This document shows positions 14,001 through 62,742 of a stretch of DNA of 64,000 nucleotides, in pieces. The DNA is taken from contig NMRA01000515.1 in NCBI GenBank assembly GCA_002633005.1, positions 62,001-126,000 of the forward strand. Direction: 5' to 3'. Under the pieces are notes generated by a model. It was not told the DNA's origin and searched no databases. It was given only the letters and a program-made list of their open reading frames with translations. Position 1 is the stretch's first letter. Each line of letters begins with the position of its first letter. The translations under genes were made by a program, and so were the position numbers. This DNA is from Phoronis australis. Lineage: Eukaryota; Animalia; Phoronida.

Positions 14001-14146
14001 GTATTACAATATATGTCCAATGTGTTTCCCGTATGCCATATCATTGTAATATTGCTCGTTTACTTGAGCATTAGTATTACAATATATGTCCAATGTGTTT
14101 CCCGTATGCCATATCATTGTAAGATTGCCCCTTTACTTGAGCATTA
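14001..14146 (+). repeat. Tandem duplication, 2 x 73 bp
   Basis: gtattacaatatatgtccaatgtgtttcccgtatgccatatcattgtaa...tttacttgagcatta occurs twice. Confidence 0.9.
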
Positions 14147-14849
14147 GCCCACACAACAAATATACATATATGTACTCTTGTTGCTGGGAGGTTTGCTGTT
14201 TTGTATGCTAAGGTTCTCGGTTAAAAATGTAGTACTCACCGACGAAAACAAAGTATATTTTCTCCTTACTTAAGATATATTTTAAAATGAATTCCAAAGA
14301 ACACAATGCACTTTAACATAACAATTACACATGTTGCTGTCCAACTCTAATACTATAATAACAATAAACATATTAAATAACAGTCCATTAATTCACAGCC
14401 AATGCATCACATTCAGTCACAAAAAACGCCTTCATACAATTTACTAAGATAGCTAAATTGAATAACTGAATGCACCAACAAAGATCTCTTTTAATTATTC
14501 ACAATTCGCATTACATAAAACAACTTCGAAAGTAGCATTCACAATAATGAAATAAAATGTATAATAAAACAAAATGCAGGCAAAACTATGTCATAAATAT
14601 AATGTATAAATTTATCTAATCTTTAACTTTTGCGAAAAATTTATAATTTTATGTAACATGAATGAATAAATCATGTATTTCTTGGCTCCACTCAATATGT
14701 CACATTTAGCCAAGTAATATCACTGTAGGTGTGTAATATAGTAATTGTATAATATACACACAATGCACTTTTTTCTGAAGGTAAATGTTATGGATACCTT
14801 TTAACAAAACAGAACAGGGACATTCACAGTTTACAGAGGTTTGAAATGT

Positions 14850-17200
14850 TTAGACCAGCCTCACACGTTTTCTACCATACTCGCTTGTGTTCCAGGCATA
14901 ATCATACATCTTGACAAATCGATGCCTCATTTTCTTAACTCCTTCTGTAACAGTTTCATTGGATTTAGGAGCAGCATAGACGCGTCTAACAAAAATTGCA
15001 CAGCCACTGCGCACAGCCTTTCGAACTTGAATATTTCGAGATGCAAGGAGATGGTCATACCAATTTACTCCTCTGCTGAAACCTTTAACTGCCCGCACAT
15101 AGACAACAGACTTGGAAGAGCTGTGTACACCTTGAATTGCAAACTCATACGCAGCTGCATACTTGAAACACCTATTGAACAGCATTGAGTTATATGCAAC
15201 ACCACGTGAAACAGATGCCCAGTTTTCTCCAAGTGTCGGAGAATTTCTCACTACAGCCACTTTCCATGAGGACCAGTGAAGGCGTTTGAATGCAAATTTG
15301 TTGTTCTGTGTCACATTTTCTCTTTGGATGCGCTTTCCACACTTTCGTCGTTTTATCTTCTTAGCAGGGGTCTGAAATGGATTGTGAATTGATTATATTA
15401 ATTGTATTAATACTCACATAAACAGAAAAGAGACAATACATAGACAATCAACTTGCTTAGTCATTTTGCCCAAGTTATTTACGGCAAAGTAAAGAACTGA
15501 GAATTTAAAATTCCAAAAAACATGATAACTCACTGTGTTGAAGAGATTCCGTTTGACAGCTTTTTTGTTCACAGGTGTTAGTTTGGTTGGAGTCTTGACA
15601 GGTGTTGATGGTGGTTTGTGTTCACTTGTCAGTGGCCGTGTTCCAGGTGGTGTCATGGCTCCAGCAGTGATGGGTACAGCTTTCAGGGTATCAAACAGGC
15701 GGTGGAGTTCAGCGTTCATACCTGTGTCACCCTCGCGGACCATGACTTCACTGTGATATGCCTAAGGAAAAATTACCTTTTATAATTTTTGTTAATGACT
15801 ACATCACAAGTAAAAAAGTTTTTTACACTGAATGAATCCCAAATAATATTATTCATCCTTTGCATTTCCAATAAAAAGGGAGTTAAATAAAAATTGAACT
15901 GCGCAAGTGTCAAAAACAGAAGCTACATGAATGGAGGAAAGTGCAATTATTGTAAAGTTAAAACATTCTCAGCAAAAAAAATGTCAGAAACAAATAGTTA
16001 CTTGAAGAAAGTCATCGCCTTGCTCTCTGTAACATATGGCCATTATAAAGTCTTGGATGTTTTTGAAGTCACACAGCTGGAGGTGATGACCGTGGGTCTG
16101 CGCCGCCATGTGCTTGAAAAACTCTCCAGAGTCCGAGTTGGAACTACATTGAACACCATAGATGCGAATACCCTGGAATGCAAAATTAAGTATACCATAA
16201 AAGCCTTTCCAACAACAAAAATATTGGATTTTTTTAGCAAAAGGAATGAGAATATTAGATTTTCACAAAATCTTCATAATGATAACATTCTTAAAAAATT
16301 TGATCAGGCTGATCAAAAATTGTTTAAAATGCCCAAGCTTACCATTTCTCTTATCAATCTGTCCACTTCAATTTTCCAGTCAATCTTCAATTTGTTCTCG
16401 GGAAAGTCAGGATCATGTGGTATGGCATCTCCAATCATCACAAGAGCACGCTGAGTTGCAGGAGACCATGACAACTTCTCGCGGACTTCACGCAGAACAA
16501 GCTCGTATGCCTCAGGATAGTCTCCCCCACCAGTTGATGCCACATTCTTCACAAAGTTGCACAGTTTGTCAACATCAGTAGTGAAGTCAACAAACTTGGT
16601 GATATAATTGTGTCTGTCACAGTAGTCACCGTGAGCAAACACAGCCATGCGCAAGGTTGGTATGTCAGAGTAGAGACGCTGTATAAGATCTTGGAGGTTC
16701 TTGCGCACTTCATTCAAACAACTGGCCATCGAACCAGTAGTGTCGAAAGAAAATACAATTTCAATTGGACCGCCGGCTCCATAGAAAGGAGGGGGAGGCG
16801 GTGGAGTAGCCAGAAATTCTGATTGGCACTTTCTTCCATCAACACCATTCTCAACCTCGTAAAGGAAATCAGTGCTAGGCATCAGAACACGATTAAAGGA
16901 TTTGCTTTGAATGAATATTTTGAAATCTGGGAGTTTTGAGGTATCAAGATGAAACTTGAGTACATCTTTCGGAATGCCCAATATATCTCTGATTTTGTCA
17001 CCAGAAACAAAGGCTCCATCACTTTCTCTCCTAGCCACAACACTTTTGTAATGCTGTATGTTCTCAGGTTTTGTGAGCTGATAGTAACCATTCCCAGCCT
17101 TGAAACACAGTCCGTTCTTCTCAACAAAGTCACGGATAGACGATTTCTTCGTCACATGAATGACTTTGAACAAGGGAGTATTGATAACTTCGTCAGGCAT
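14850..17200 (-). CDS. vWA (MIDAS) domain protein with an N-terminal extra domain and a C-terminal GIY-YIG/ET-like domain; coding exons 17200-16343, 16172-16002, 15761-15534, 15371-14850; ~592 aa
   Basis: All three introns are GT-AG, phase 0, and the spliced frame stays open. vWA motifs: IVFSFDTTGSM, HGDYCD, GGGDYPEAYE, VMIGDAIPH, GIRIYGVQC. The last exon has AAYEF...VVYVR...AIFVRR...YDYAWN. A probable 5' UTR exon ends at the donor near 17729. Confidence 0.85.
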
Positions 17201-17974
17201 TTTTTTCTGAAAAAAAATTAGTAAAACATTAATTTTTGAGATTATGGCTTCACAGTCATGAAGTTCAACAAATAATACAACACCAAATTATCCACTTGAA
17301 GCATAGTAAAAAATTTGTACATGCAAACAGTAACAAAAACAGACAGGACAAAAATCACAAACTTTAACTAGAAAATCAAAGTTAGTAGTTGAATGTGTCA
17401 GTCCCAGATTTGTAACCAGTTACTTCCATAATCCCCGTTATATTGGACAGATAAGTCAGATCATAGCATGCCCAGGATTACCCATTGGATATACCGAAAA
17501 ATCAACTTCAGTTTACTAAGCAGACGATCCGTGTCTGAAACTTTCAAAATTCTAAATTGGACGAGTCGTATCCCACAAATTTGGGATACACATTGTTACT
17601 ATCTTCAAAACGGTTTTTATTGTAACATTAAAAATTGCGAAATGACCTTGATGAACAACACTGAGATGACTGAGAACAGATGTAACCTATGGCAAAAGGT
17701 TAAAATGCATAATAAAAATTATACTTACTGTCGAATGACGATGAAAAGTGAACAATTGCAACAGATGACAGAACAATGCTTGACTTTTAGTACGTCCACT
17801 AGTTTTGAAGTGGAGTGGCAAAGCAAGGCTACCACTAGTAGTACCAGGCAGTAGAGACTCACAGAAAGGTCGTCACGTTGGATTTCGCAACCTCAAACTC
17901 AACCTTTTCAATCGAGTCCTATGTAATGGATAGCAACTTCGAGTTGAACTGTTGTGAAAGTTAAAACTCGGTAT

Positions 17975-17983
17975 CTTTATATA
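17975..17983 (-). promoter_or_regulatory. Candidate TATA box (TATATAAAG on - strand) for the vWA gene, within the divergent vWA/ABCC intergenic region
   Basis: ctttatata on + strand, ~250 bp upstream of the putative UTR-exon donor at ~17729; supported by motif and position only. Confidence 0.35.
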
Positions 17984-18638
17984 CCCTCTCATCGTTCAAT
18001 ATTTTCCGACTAGTCTAAAACTGCCCGGCTCACACAGATGTTAAAAACAAGAGCCGACTTGCCTCAACAAGAAAGAAGTTGCGCTACCTGACGGCCAAGA
18101 ATATGGCAACTGGTCATGGTCTTCTCTTGCTCTATCGAATGCTTCTCGTGACCAGACACGCATTACTTTAGTACTCACAAGGTGTCAGTGCAAGTAGAAT
18201 GTGTGTGTGCTCTCCGATTATTTACCAACTGTGAACTTTGCTCTAAGCAAGCTAACCCAGTTAAATCGGCTTTTATCATGGGTCAATGTGTTTTAGTGTA
18301 CCTTGCTACGTTGGTGCAGTCTTACGAAATACATCTCATCGGATTAGCAGTAACCCGATATACGAGAAACTGTTGTCGAAGTCGCACTGTCCCTAGTGTC
18401 GGACTCGGAGACGGAATAATTTGAGTCTGACTACTTCCCTTGTCTGTGACTGTGTTCTGCTCAGTGATCGTCGAATCGTCTGCAGTCTCATGTCGTGGGG
18501 GGGTTAGCGTCAGAAACATGACAAACACTTTTCGAAAGACGAACTGGAGTTTTCGTTTGGCATAAAACAACCTACGAGTACAACAGTAGTCTAACTTAAA
18601 TTTTAAGAAACCGGAAAATACGTAGTCTTAGCTGGAAA

Positions 18639-54551
<35,913 letters not shown>

Positions 54552-55684
54552 ATGGGTTACAAAACAACTTTGGTCATTTCACTTGTCGCATATCACTTAA
54601 GTGTATTTCGTAGTATTTCTGTGAATTTAGTAAGTTTGAGCATCAGAAATTATTTAGTTTTGAAGTATGTTTACAAAGTGTATTCATGGTTTATGTCTAC
54701 AACTTACAGTTTCAACATTCCTTATATCAGTTTGGAAGTAGTCCTACTGGTAATGTGGAGGCAGTTTACTAGTGGAAATGTTACCATTTTTACGCTTTTG
54801 AAAATTTCAATAATTAAAGATGATCCTCGGCTGTTTTGGGCCACTGCAGTGAAATGGTTTAAAGATGCAGTAATAGTTCTGTGGTATGGATTGTGGAATA
54901 TTGTCATAATAGTTCCATTAGTCAGTGTAATATAATGATCATGCTTCCTCAAACTTAGCACGACTGCAAATGAGGTAATAAGAGTACGTGATGCACCAGT
55001 CTTTTTGTGTTTTTTGAACTACATTTTCATGCAGTTGGTGCAATTGTTTTGTCAACTTTAAGCATAATGTGCCATGATTTACATGGATACCAATTTTAAT
55101 TTTACATTTAAGCCATTCCCTCCATTTATGATAACCAGTATTTGTGCAAATAAATCGATGAGAGTATACTGCTGTACTATTTAATATCACTTTTCTACAC
55201 AGGAAAACATGTAATTCAAACAAACAAAACAATAGGTACAAAACGCCTCACCGCGTTTTCTAAACCTCAAATCTACGTACCAAAAACAACAAGACTGATT
55301 ATCACATGCACAGTTTACTTGTTCCTAAAAAAGTTAAAATGTGGGTAACACTATGGCAGGAGTTAACTTGGTCAAAAGAGATACAATGTGTAGTAGTGAT
55401 TATACAACTTGTGGAATTAACAATCAAACACAAACATTGTCCACTTCCACTCGTGAGATTTCTTCAAGACAAACTTGAGTTACTTTTGCAAAGTTGTCTA
55501 ACAAAATTAACAATCAATGCTTAAAACTGGCAAAAAGGGAACCATACAACTACATTTGGCAAAAATACACCTATAAAAATGCTAAACATTGAACAGTATT
55601 TCTATACATTTCTGGGGCTCATTTTATATTAGGTTGTAGGTCTGGACAGTTATAATTTCGATTTTAATTCACAAATAATTCATN

Positions 55685-55950
55685 AGATCGGAGGGAGTGA
55701 AAAAGTAAGAGCTTTTTGCAAGTTGCATTTTTTTTCCAGTTTTTGATTCTGTGCGAATTGTTTATAAAATTTACTAAAATTACCCACCATCAAACATTTA
55801 TGGCCCAATGAAACAACAATGACCAGTAAATTTTTATTTTTTGAAGTACGACCACCAGCCATTTTGAATTTAAATCAAACGCAACCACCCATCAATTTTT
55901 ATTTCAGCTGCCTTCCCCCCCCTCCCACACAGATTTTGCTGGAACAGCCC
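55685..55950. mobile_element. 3' end of a Harbinger-like MITE present in only one copy of a duplication around n at 55684
   Basis: ...gctggaacagccc|taa followed by a repeat of 55583-55683; the first copy shows the empty TAA site. Confidence 0.55.
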
Positions 55951-56999
55951 TAAACATTGAACAGTATTTCTATACATTTCTGGGGCTCATTTTATATTAG
56001 GTTGTAGGTCTGGTCTAAGACAGTTATAATTTCGATTTTAATTCACAAATAATTCATTAGCGTGCCTTGTCCTAATGTAGAGGCATAGCGTTACATTCAT
56101 GGCACTGTACCTATGACTGTCTTGGCTATGACCAGGTGTACAAACTTCTATTAAATGACCACTGAAGTTGAACATCTTCCCATGTGATCAGTGCTGAACA
56201 ACATTTGTATGAGCTTGATGGCATGCTGGAATGGGACAACTTTATTCACTCTGAAATAAAGACATTCACTCATTGAAAATAAATACTGCTGATTAAATGG
56301 TATTGACTCTGGGTAATTTTGTTTTCTTTGGTACAAGTTGGTGCCCTGCTAAACATCAACGCCAAATGTGCTATGCACCATAAGTAGCACAATGACTGCT
56401 CACTTATTTGGCAGTACAAGAGACTGTAACCCCGCGTTCCTTCCAAGAAGCCAACTCTTGTTTTACACCACTTTCTGCCATAAAACTGGTCCCAACTTGG
56501 TTATTACTCAAATAAGAAAAAAAAATTTTTATGGGTTTGCAAAAAACTGACACTGTCATGAGCTAACTTGTAAAGCCTGGACTTAAAGTAATAATGAACT
56601 GTCAGTTATTTTAAAGAACTGAAATTGTCTCAAATTTGACTATTAAAGGAACAATTTGAGACCAAGTAGTCTAAATCAAAAGTTGTTTTTTCTTATGGAA
56701 GACACTGGTGATCTTTTGATATGATTGCAAACTGCATCAGTAATAAAGCAGGCCTTGAAGAAAACAATGAGCCCAAACAATGTAGCAAAGTAAAATATAA
56801 CATCTCAACACCAAAGCCCGATGACAGTCTGATAACGTCTCACTTTTGTTTACCTAAGAGGGAGACAATATTCAATGACAAGATATTACTCATCTGTTAC
56901 AAACATTGTAGACATCTTATAACAATATAGTTGCATCTACAGTAGATTAAAATATCACCCATCTTGCTTTTCGCTGTTTCACCACAGCATGTCACTTAC

Positions 57000-59900
57000 C
57001 ACACTTGACCTTGCCCAGTTTACGAGTGCCAACACGTTCAGTGCCCAAGTAATCCACACACCAACACTGGCCATTTTGATCACATTGCTGTTTGGCAAAA
57101 AAACCTTGTGCTGTGCACCGCGGCACACTGACGCCTGGGACAATGATGACCTGCCCACGGATCATCTGTGTTGGGAGGTCTCTCAGACTGCTGAAGCAAG
57201 GTGGCACTGCAACCAAACATGTTAAATAAATCTGTCTTCATATGTCAGTCATGTTCAGCAACTCCATGTTGCATTTGTTGGTTAAGGAGTCATCTGCAGG
57301 GTTGCTAACAAAATAAGACCAAATGGGTTTATATGTTAGAAGACTCTCTTCCTGCACAACAAGTTCTTTAGGAATTAAATTTTGACTTGTGGCGTCAAAG
57401 CTAACTAACTCAAAGATGGGATACATCTGTCCAAATAAAAGCATTATTTGAACATGGCCAGGGCAAGCCAAGCCAAGCCAACAAGAATAAAGAGTGCTGA
57501 GTCTATACTGAAGAAACATTGGTTGTGTTGTCTAGACAGAAACTGTTCAGTTTCTCTAAAATTGGGTTAATAACGAAAACACAAGAAATGCTAGAAGTAA
57601 CAGTATCTGTTCACATTAGAGTAGACGTAAATTATAACAGAACTTTTTACGACCAAAACACACCTCCAAAGCTTGTTTTGACCAGACCGCCAAATAATTT
57701 TCATTGCATAATTTGAAGTCAAATTGTTAACATTATACCAAAATGCAGGTTTCAGGAGCAGTCAGTCATTACGTATCTGTGACATCATTTGTTGGCGAGT
57801 AGCAGCCTCTTTTCATTTATGTGCATGTCTTGTTCGGGTTAACGGATGACTTGACTGTTCAACAGTTTAGTTAATCATTTGAAAGTTGAGCCTACTTAAT
57901 GACTTGCTAACTTAACTTTTTGTTCAACAGTTGGCGCTTGTTTATCCAATAGTGTCTGTGTGTGAAGTTGTCTCATCTCTTTGGAAAACTACCTCATTTT
58001 TGATTTGTTTTAATTATTTGATGTTTTACTTGTCTGTTTAGCACATCACTTAATATCTATTTGTCATTTGCCTTTTTGTTGCCCATACCTGTCTTAAAAC
58101 AGACAACGATACAAATATATTCAAAGCCCATCTACAGTGAATCGCACATTCCCGGCCCCTACTTACAATAGTTAGTGAAACAGCAGCACCACTCAGGATA
58201 AGACAGATCTAGTGACCCATCCAAGTCGCACTGATGAACGAATCTCTTCAAGCAGTGTTCAAAAGGATTAGACTCAAGATCTTTTAGTTCACCAATACTC
58301 AACACACTGTCATTGTTGGTGTCAAGGTGGAGAAATTCCCAAGTGACAGGGTCCCTGCACTCGCACTCTACAATAGAAATGCATCATAATTACTTACTCT
58401 ATTGCCTTTAGTTTTTGTGTCAACTCTATTGAAACTACAACATAATACATCGTGGAATGAAAATTCTGCTTAGAAGTTATTATTTCTTTCAGTTGTCAAA
58501 ATGACTATTCTTTAATAAAGAAAAACTATCGTATTACATGAAAGAAAAACTGGCCACTTTATAAGCATCTTTTAAGATCAACATGCTAATTACCACGCTG
58601 CAGTGTGTCGGAGACATCTCTTGCTTTGCGTCTCCTGTGCCTGTCCTTCCCCTTATGCGCCTTGTGCTCTTTGCCATGTTTCCTATCTCCCCTTTTCTTT
58701 GGTTTCTGTATCAGTAGATTGCCTTTCAACTTCTCTAGTTTGTTGTGAGGGTCGACAGATTGTTGTACAGTGTAGAACCAGTCAGCCAGTCTCTGACTCA
58801 TTTCCTTCAACTCTTGCTCACCACACACTGAAATAATTACCACCAACAAATCTGTGGTTGAGAATCACATCATCTACGATTACATAAAAATTATCCAGTT
58901 GGCGTAAGTGTAAACTTAATTATTTTGCTAGAGGTCAAAGCTTGAACTATATTGTAAAAATAGTCAATATTGATTGTCCGAAATGAATAATTATGATAAT
59001 CGAAACAAAATCCTTCATGTTGATGTTATACCTACTCCAACAAAATCATTCACGTTGATGTTATACATACTCCAACAAAATCATTCATGTTGATGTTATA
59101 CCTACTCCAACAAAATCCTTCATGTTGATGTTATACATACTCCAACAAAATCATTCATGTTGATGTTATACCTACTCCAACAAAATCCTTCATGTTGATG
59201 TTATACCTACTCCAACAAAATCCTTCATGTTGATATTATACATACTCCATGGAGACGCATAAAACTTTGTGTTGACGGCTATTTTTGACAATTTTATGAA
59301 CTGCCAATTTTATTTTTGATACAAAACGTAACGCCCCATATTGTGAGCAAAATTACTAGTACCAAAATCGCCCAGGTATGTCCCAATTCTCAGAATCAAG
59401 GAAACTCAGTTGAAATTGAGTGTCCAAAACTTTAGAGACTGTCCGAAACTTTTCATCAGAAATGAAATGAATAAGTGCAGGTAAAATAATGATACTACAA
59501 CAAACAAGACAAGCCCAGATATGTAACCTGAGTAATCTGTAATTGCACACTTTTAACTGCATACTGAAAAAATAATAATACACAACGGATTCTTTAATGG
59601 AGGAACATTACAAACTGAAAGCAAATATAAATAGATAATTCTCATCAGACTTGATACCATTGCAGGAAGAAACCCTACATTGACCAGATGCTGCAAAATT
59701 GGATAGTCAGAAAGTCATACAGACACTCTAAAGACAGATGGTTGTTGCACGCTGAGATCTTAACAAGTCAATACATATGGAGAATACTTTGGCAATTCTA
59801 ACCCTAGAATAACTGGTTCCATGTGGTCATCCAAGGCTCTTAATTCACCTCCAGTCCACCCCCCCACCCCCCACCCCCAGTACCTGCAGTACCTGTTGAG

Positions 59901-62742
59901 ACATCCTTGACAGCAGAATCAGCAATCTCATTGCCATTTGTTGAAATTTTCTGAGGATCATTAGCACGCTTCCCCTCGACAAAATCAGAGTGAAATGAAT
60001 GTTCACCAATTTGATCAAACTTTGTTGGTTTCTGCATCTTCATCTTCTTCCTCTCTTGTCGTTTACTCTTATTCTGTAATTAAAACAATTCACCTAGACA
60101 TAAGAATTAGTGACAGAGATTAACATAATGTATGCGTACATTTACGACCATGTGGCTGTACACGAAGTAGCACATGTGCCCTTGTGTATAACGTTTTAGT
60201 AAACCAAGGAGTAAGTTGCTAGGAAAGCATAGGAGTGAAGACTGACTTCTCCAGTAAAAAGCACTTGATTATGAAACCATGTGAAAAAGTTGACTTCACA
60301 TCTGTTACAAACCAGAAGACATTGACATATTTTCAGTTCAAGAGAAGTTAAAGTTCAGGTTTGACTAATTCATTAAAACTTACAAAAGCACAAAAACAAG
60401 ACATACAAAAACCGCCAGTTCAAGACGTAACATCAGCATTCACCTTCAAATGAACTTCAGATGAATTTGTCCACATATGAAACACTTAAAATGCAAAAAT
60501 ATTTTCAAAAATGCATTCGGACCTATAAGCAAGCACATATATGGGAATAAGTAAAGCCAATATTCACACAAAACTGGATACATTTGGTTGCCATTTTAAC
60601 AGGGTAAGACATCTGATTGGTTTAATAGACAGAAGTCATCACTGCAAACCAATCACATAAGATGTTACCCAGCTGACCCGGAAGAACAGGTGAAGTCGTG
60701 TAATCACTGTCAAGTATTCTACTTTTAGCAGAATATTCACAATAAACAGTGTTAGTTGTGAAATAAGCAATGGTACAGTAATGAATAAATATGAAGGCTT
60801 TAAATTCTTTGTTTCATCACTCAATGTTGAGTTATTTTGTAAACAATAATTATTGTTTTAAATCAAGCAGTTTCAGATATCACAATTTGACATGCTTACA
60901 TCAAATGAATTACACCCACAAGAACAGAGCGACCATAAGTGATAAACTCTACCTTCTTGGACATGTCTTTCTTGTGTACCTGCATAGGTCCAAGCTCTGG
61001 AGACTTCTTAGATTTAACTGCCTTTGAATTTTTATGCTTTTGATAGAACTTTTTCACCAGTTTTTTACTGTAAGAATAATCAAAATCAATAGATTAAGCT
61101 AAACTGCATACCAGTTAAACAAGACAATTGAAAGAACAACAAAAGTACAACCCAAGGCGTGACCCAATCGTCAAAACAAAAACCACAAACTGCCACTCTT
61201 TGTAAAGGAGTGATAGCACAACATAATGTTCAGTTTAATATGAATTTCATCTGCATACAAATACAGGGAAAAACTCTGGTGGCAAGTTCAAAGGCAAAAA
61301 ATTTCCCAGTAGATAATGTCAGTTCAGCAGGACGAGGCTAGTAAAACAAGATACTGACTCAATGGAGCACTTGCACTTTTTCATGCAATTGTGATGTGTT
61401 GCCAATATGCGCAAATTATACACATGCACATTTTGAAGTAATAACCTTTTGAAACACTGTATGTGATGTCATGTTAATAGGACAAAGTCAGCTAGAGTAC
61501 AATGAATATCTGCTGTACATGCAAGCCTTCAGTCAAATAAATCTTCTTTGAAATGGTCTACGTAGGACGTATTAAGTATTATGTAAAATCAAAAGAAAAG
61601 GTGCATGAAGTATCTTGAAAATGCCTCGAAATTGGCCAGATTTGTAATGATTCCCAAATATAAAACAATGTGCATGAAACTACGTTGCTGTTCTGCCAAA
61701 ATTATGTTTATGTGACTTACGCTCTCTTGAGTTGCTTCTTGTGAATACATTTGGCAACTTGGGTGTCTTTGTCCAAAAGACAAACTTCCTTCTTCTTACA
61801 ACGCAACTTTTGACATTCCAAACCTGAAACCGGGAAATAAAATGCTGTAGAAATAAATAACTAATTTAGCCAGTTATCTTCATTTCAGAGCATTGAAACT
61901 TGTCAAAAGTGATGGAACTATATCCTTATGAAGACATTTTTCCACTATTTTATACACCATGTTGACACAAAATAATTTACAATTACTTTCGTTTAACGGC
62001 CGAATGTATCAATTGCTTAAAAATAACCAACATGACACCAGAGTGACTAAGTTGAGAAATTTAAACATGATGAGTGGATCGTAAATCTACTTTTCCTGGC
62101 CCCAAATCATAAACTTTGAACTCCTATTATGTGTGTGTGCTGCGTGTTTTGTTGACTTGCGTGGCAGAAGCGTATTACGGTGCAAGTTTGGACAGCCACA
62201 CCCATTTAAAACAAAGGCCAGACCGGATAGTTTATTCTTGAGGGGGGAAAAACTGGTAAGTTCAGTAACTCTAGGACCTCCATAAAAAGCAAGACAGTGA
62301 GATTACATAGAGATGCTGACATGAATTTTAACCGCGTGATTTTGGCTAGATGTGAGCGAGGCCCTAGCATTACTAAACTCTACCTTGGATTACCCACAAC
62401 CTACAACTGGCAGCGTGTACCTCCAATGTTTCTGTCATATTTAAAATGTAGTGTGTTAAGTCATAAAGCCTGTAACTTTGATTTTTTCTGTTTCTTTATT
62501 TTTGAGGGGTCTGAGGTAGTGAGAAATATTGAGTTTTGTAAACAAAATCATGGAAATGCACCTACTTCTGCAAAGAAACGCTCAAAACGCTGTGATCAAT
62601 AGAGCGACATTAAACCAGCGATAACACTGATGACATGCACATGGCCATCTTTGGCAACAAATGTTTACATACTCTCTTTTCCTTCTTGATACTGTGTTAT
62701 TCTTTTCCATTCTTCTTTGTAAGGAGAATTTGGACTATTCAC
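57000..62742 (-). CDS. SPOCK: Testican/SPOCK/Cow-like secreted proteoglycan (partial; 5' exons not found in this window, last exon uncertain)
   Basis: Phase-compatible exons: 62742-62673; 61823-61721 (LECQKLRCKKKEVCLLDKDTQVAKCIHKK, follistatin-N-like); 61067-60953; 60073-59893; 58827-58594 (CGEQELKEMSQRLADWF); 58367-58167 (CRDPVTWEFLHLDTNNDSVLSIGEL...EHCLKRFVHQCD...EWCCCF, SPARC EC domain); 57206-57000 (PPC...VPRC...QQC..GQCWCVD..G.E..GTR..G..KC, thyroglobulin type-1). Confidence 0.85.
59006..59249 (+). repeat. Tandem repeat, 7 x 35 bp, in the testican-like gene intron
   Basis: Unit caaaatccttcatgttgatgttatacctactccaa. Confidence 0.92.

Noticed and set aside
15894-16581. + strand ORFs of 186 aa and 111 aa
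   Set aside because: They are antisense shadows of the vWA gene exons with no independent motifs.
56125-56193. Candidate last exon of the testican-like gene
   Set aside because: A plausible acceptor exists (ttgttcag), but the in-phase peptide has no recognisable similarity, so it was left out of the model.
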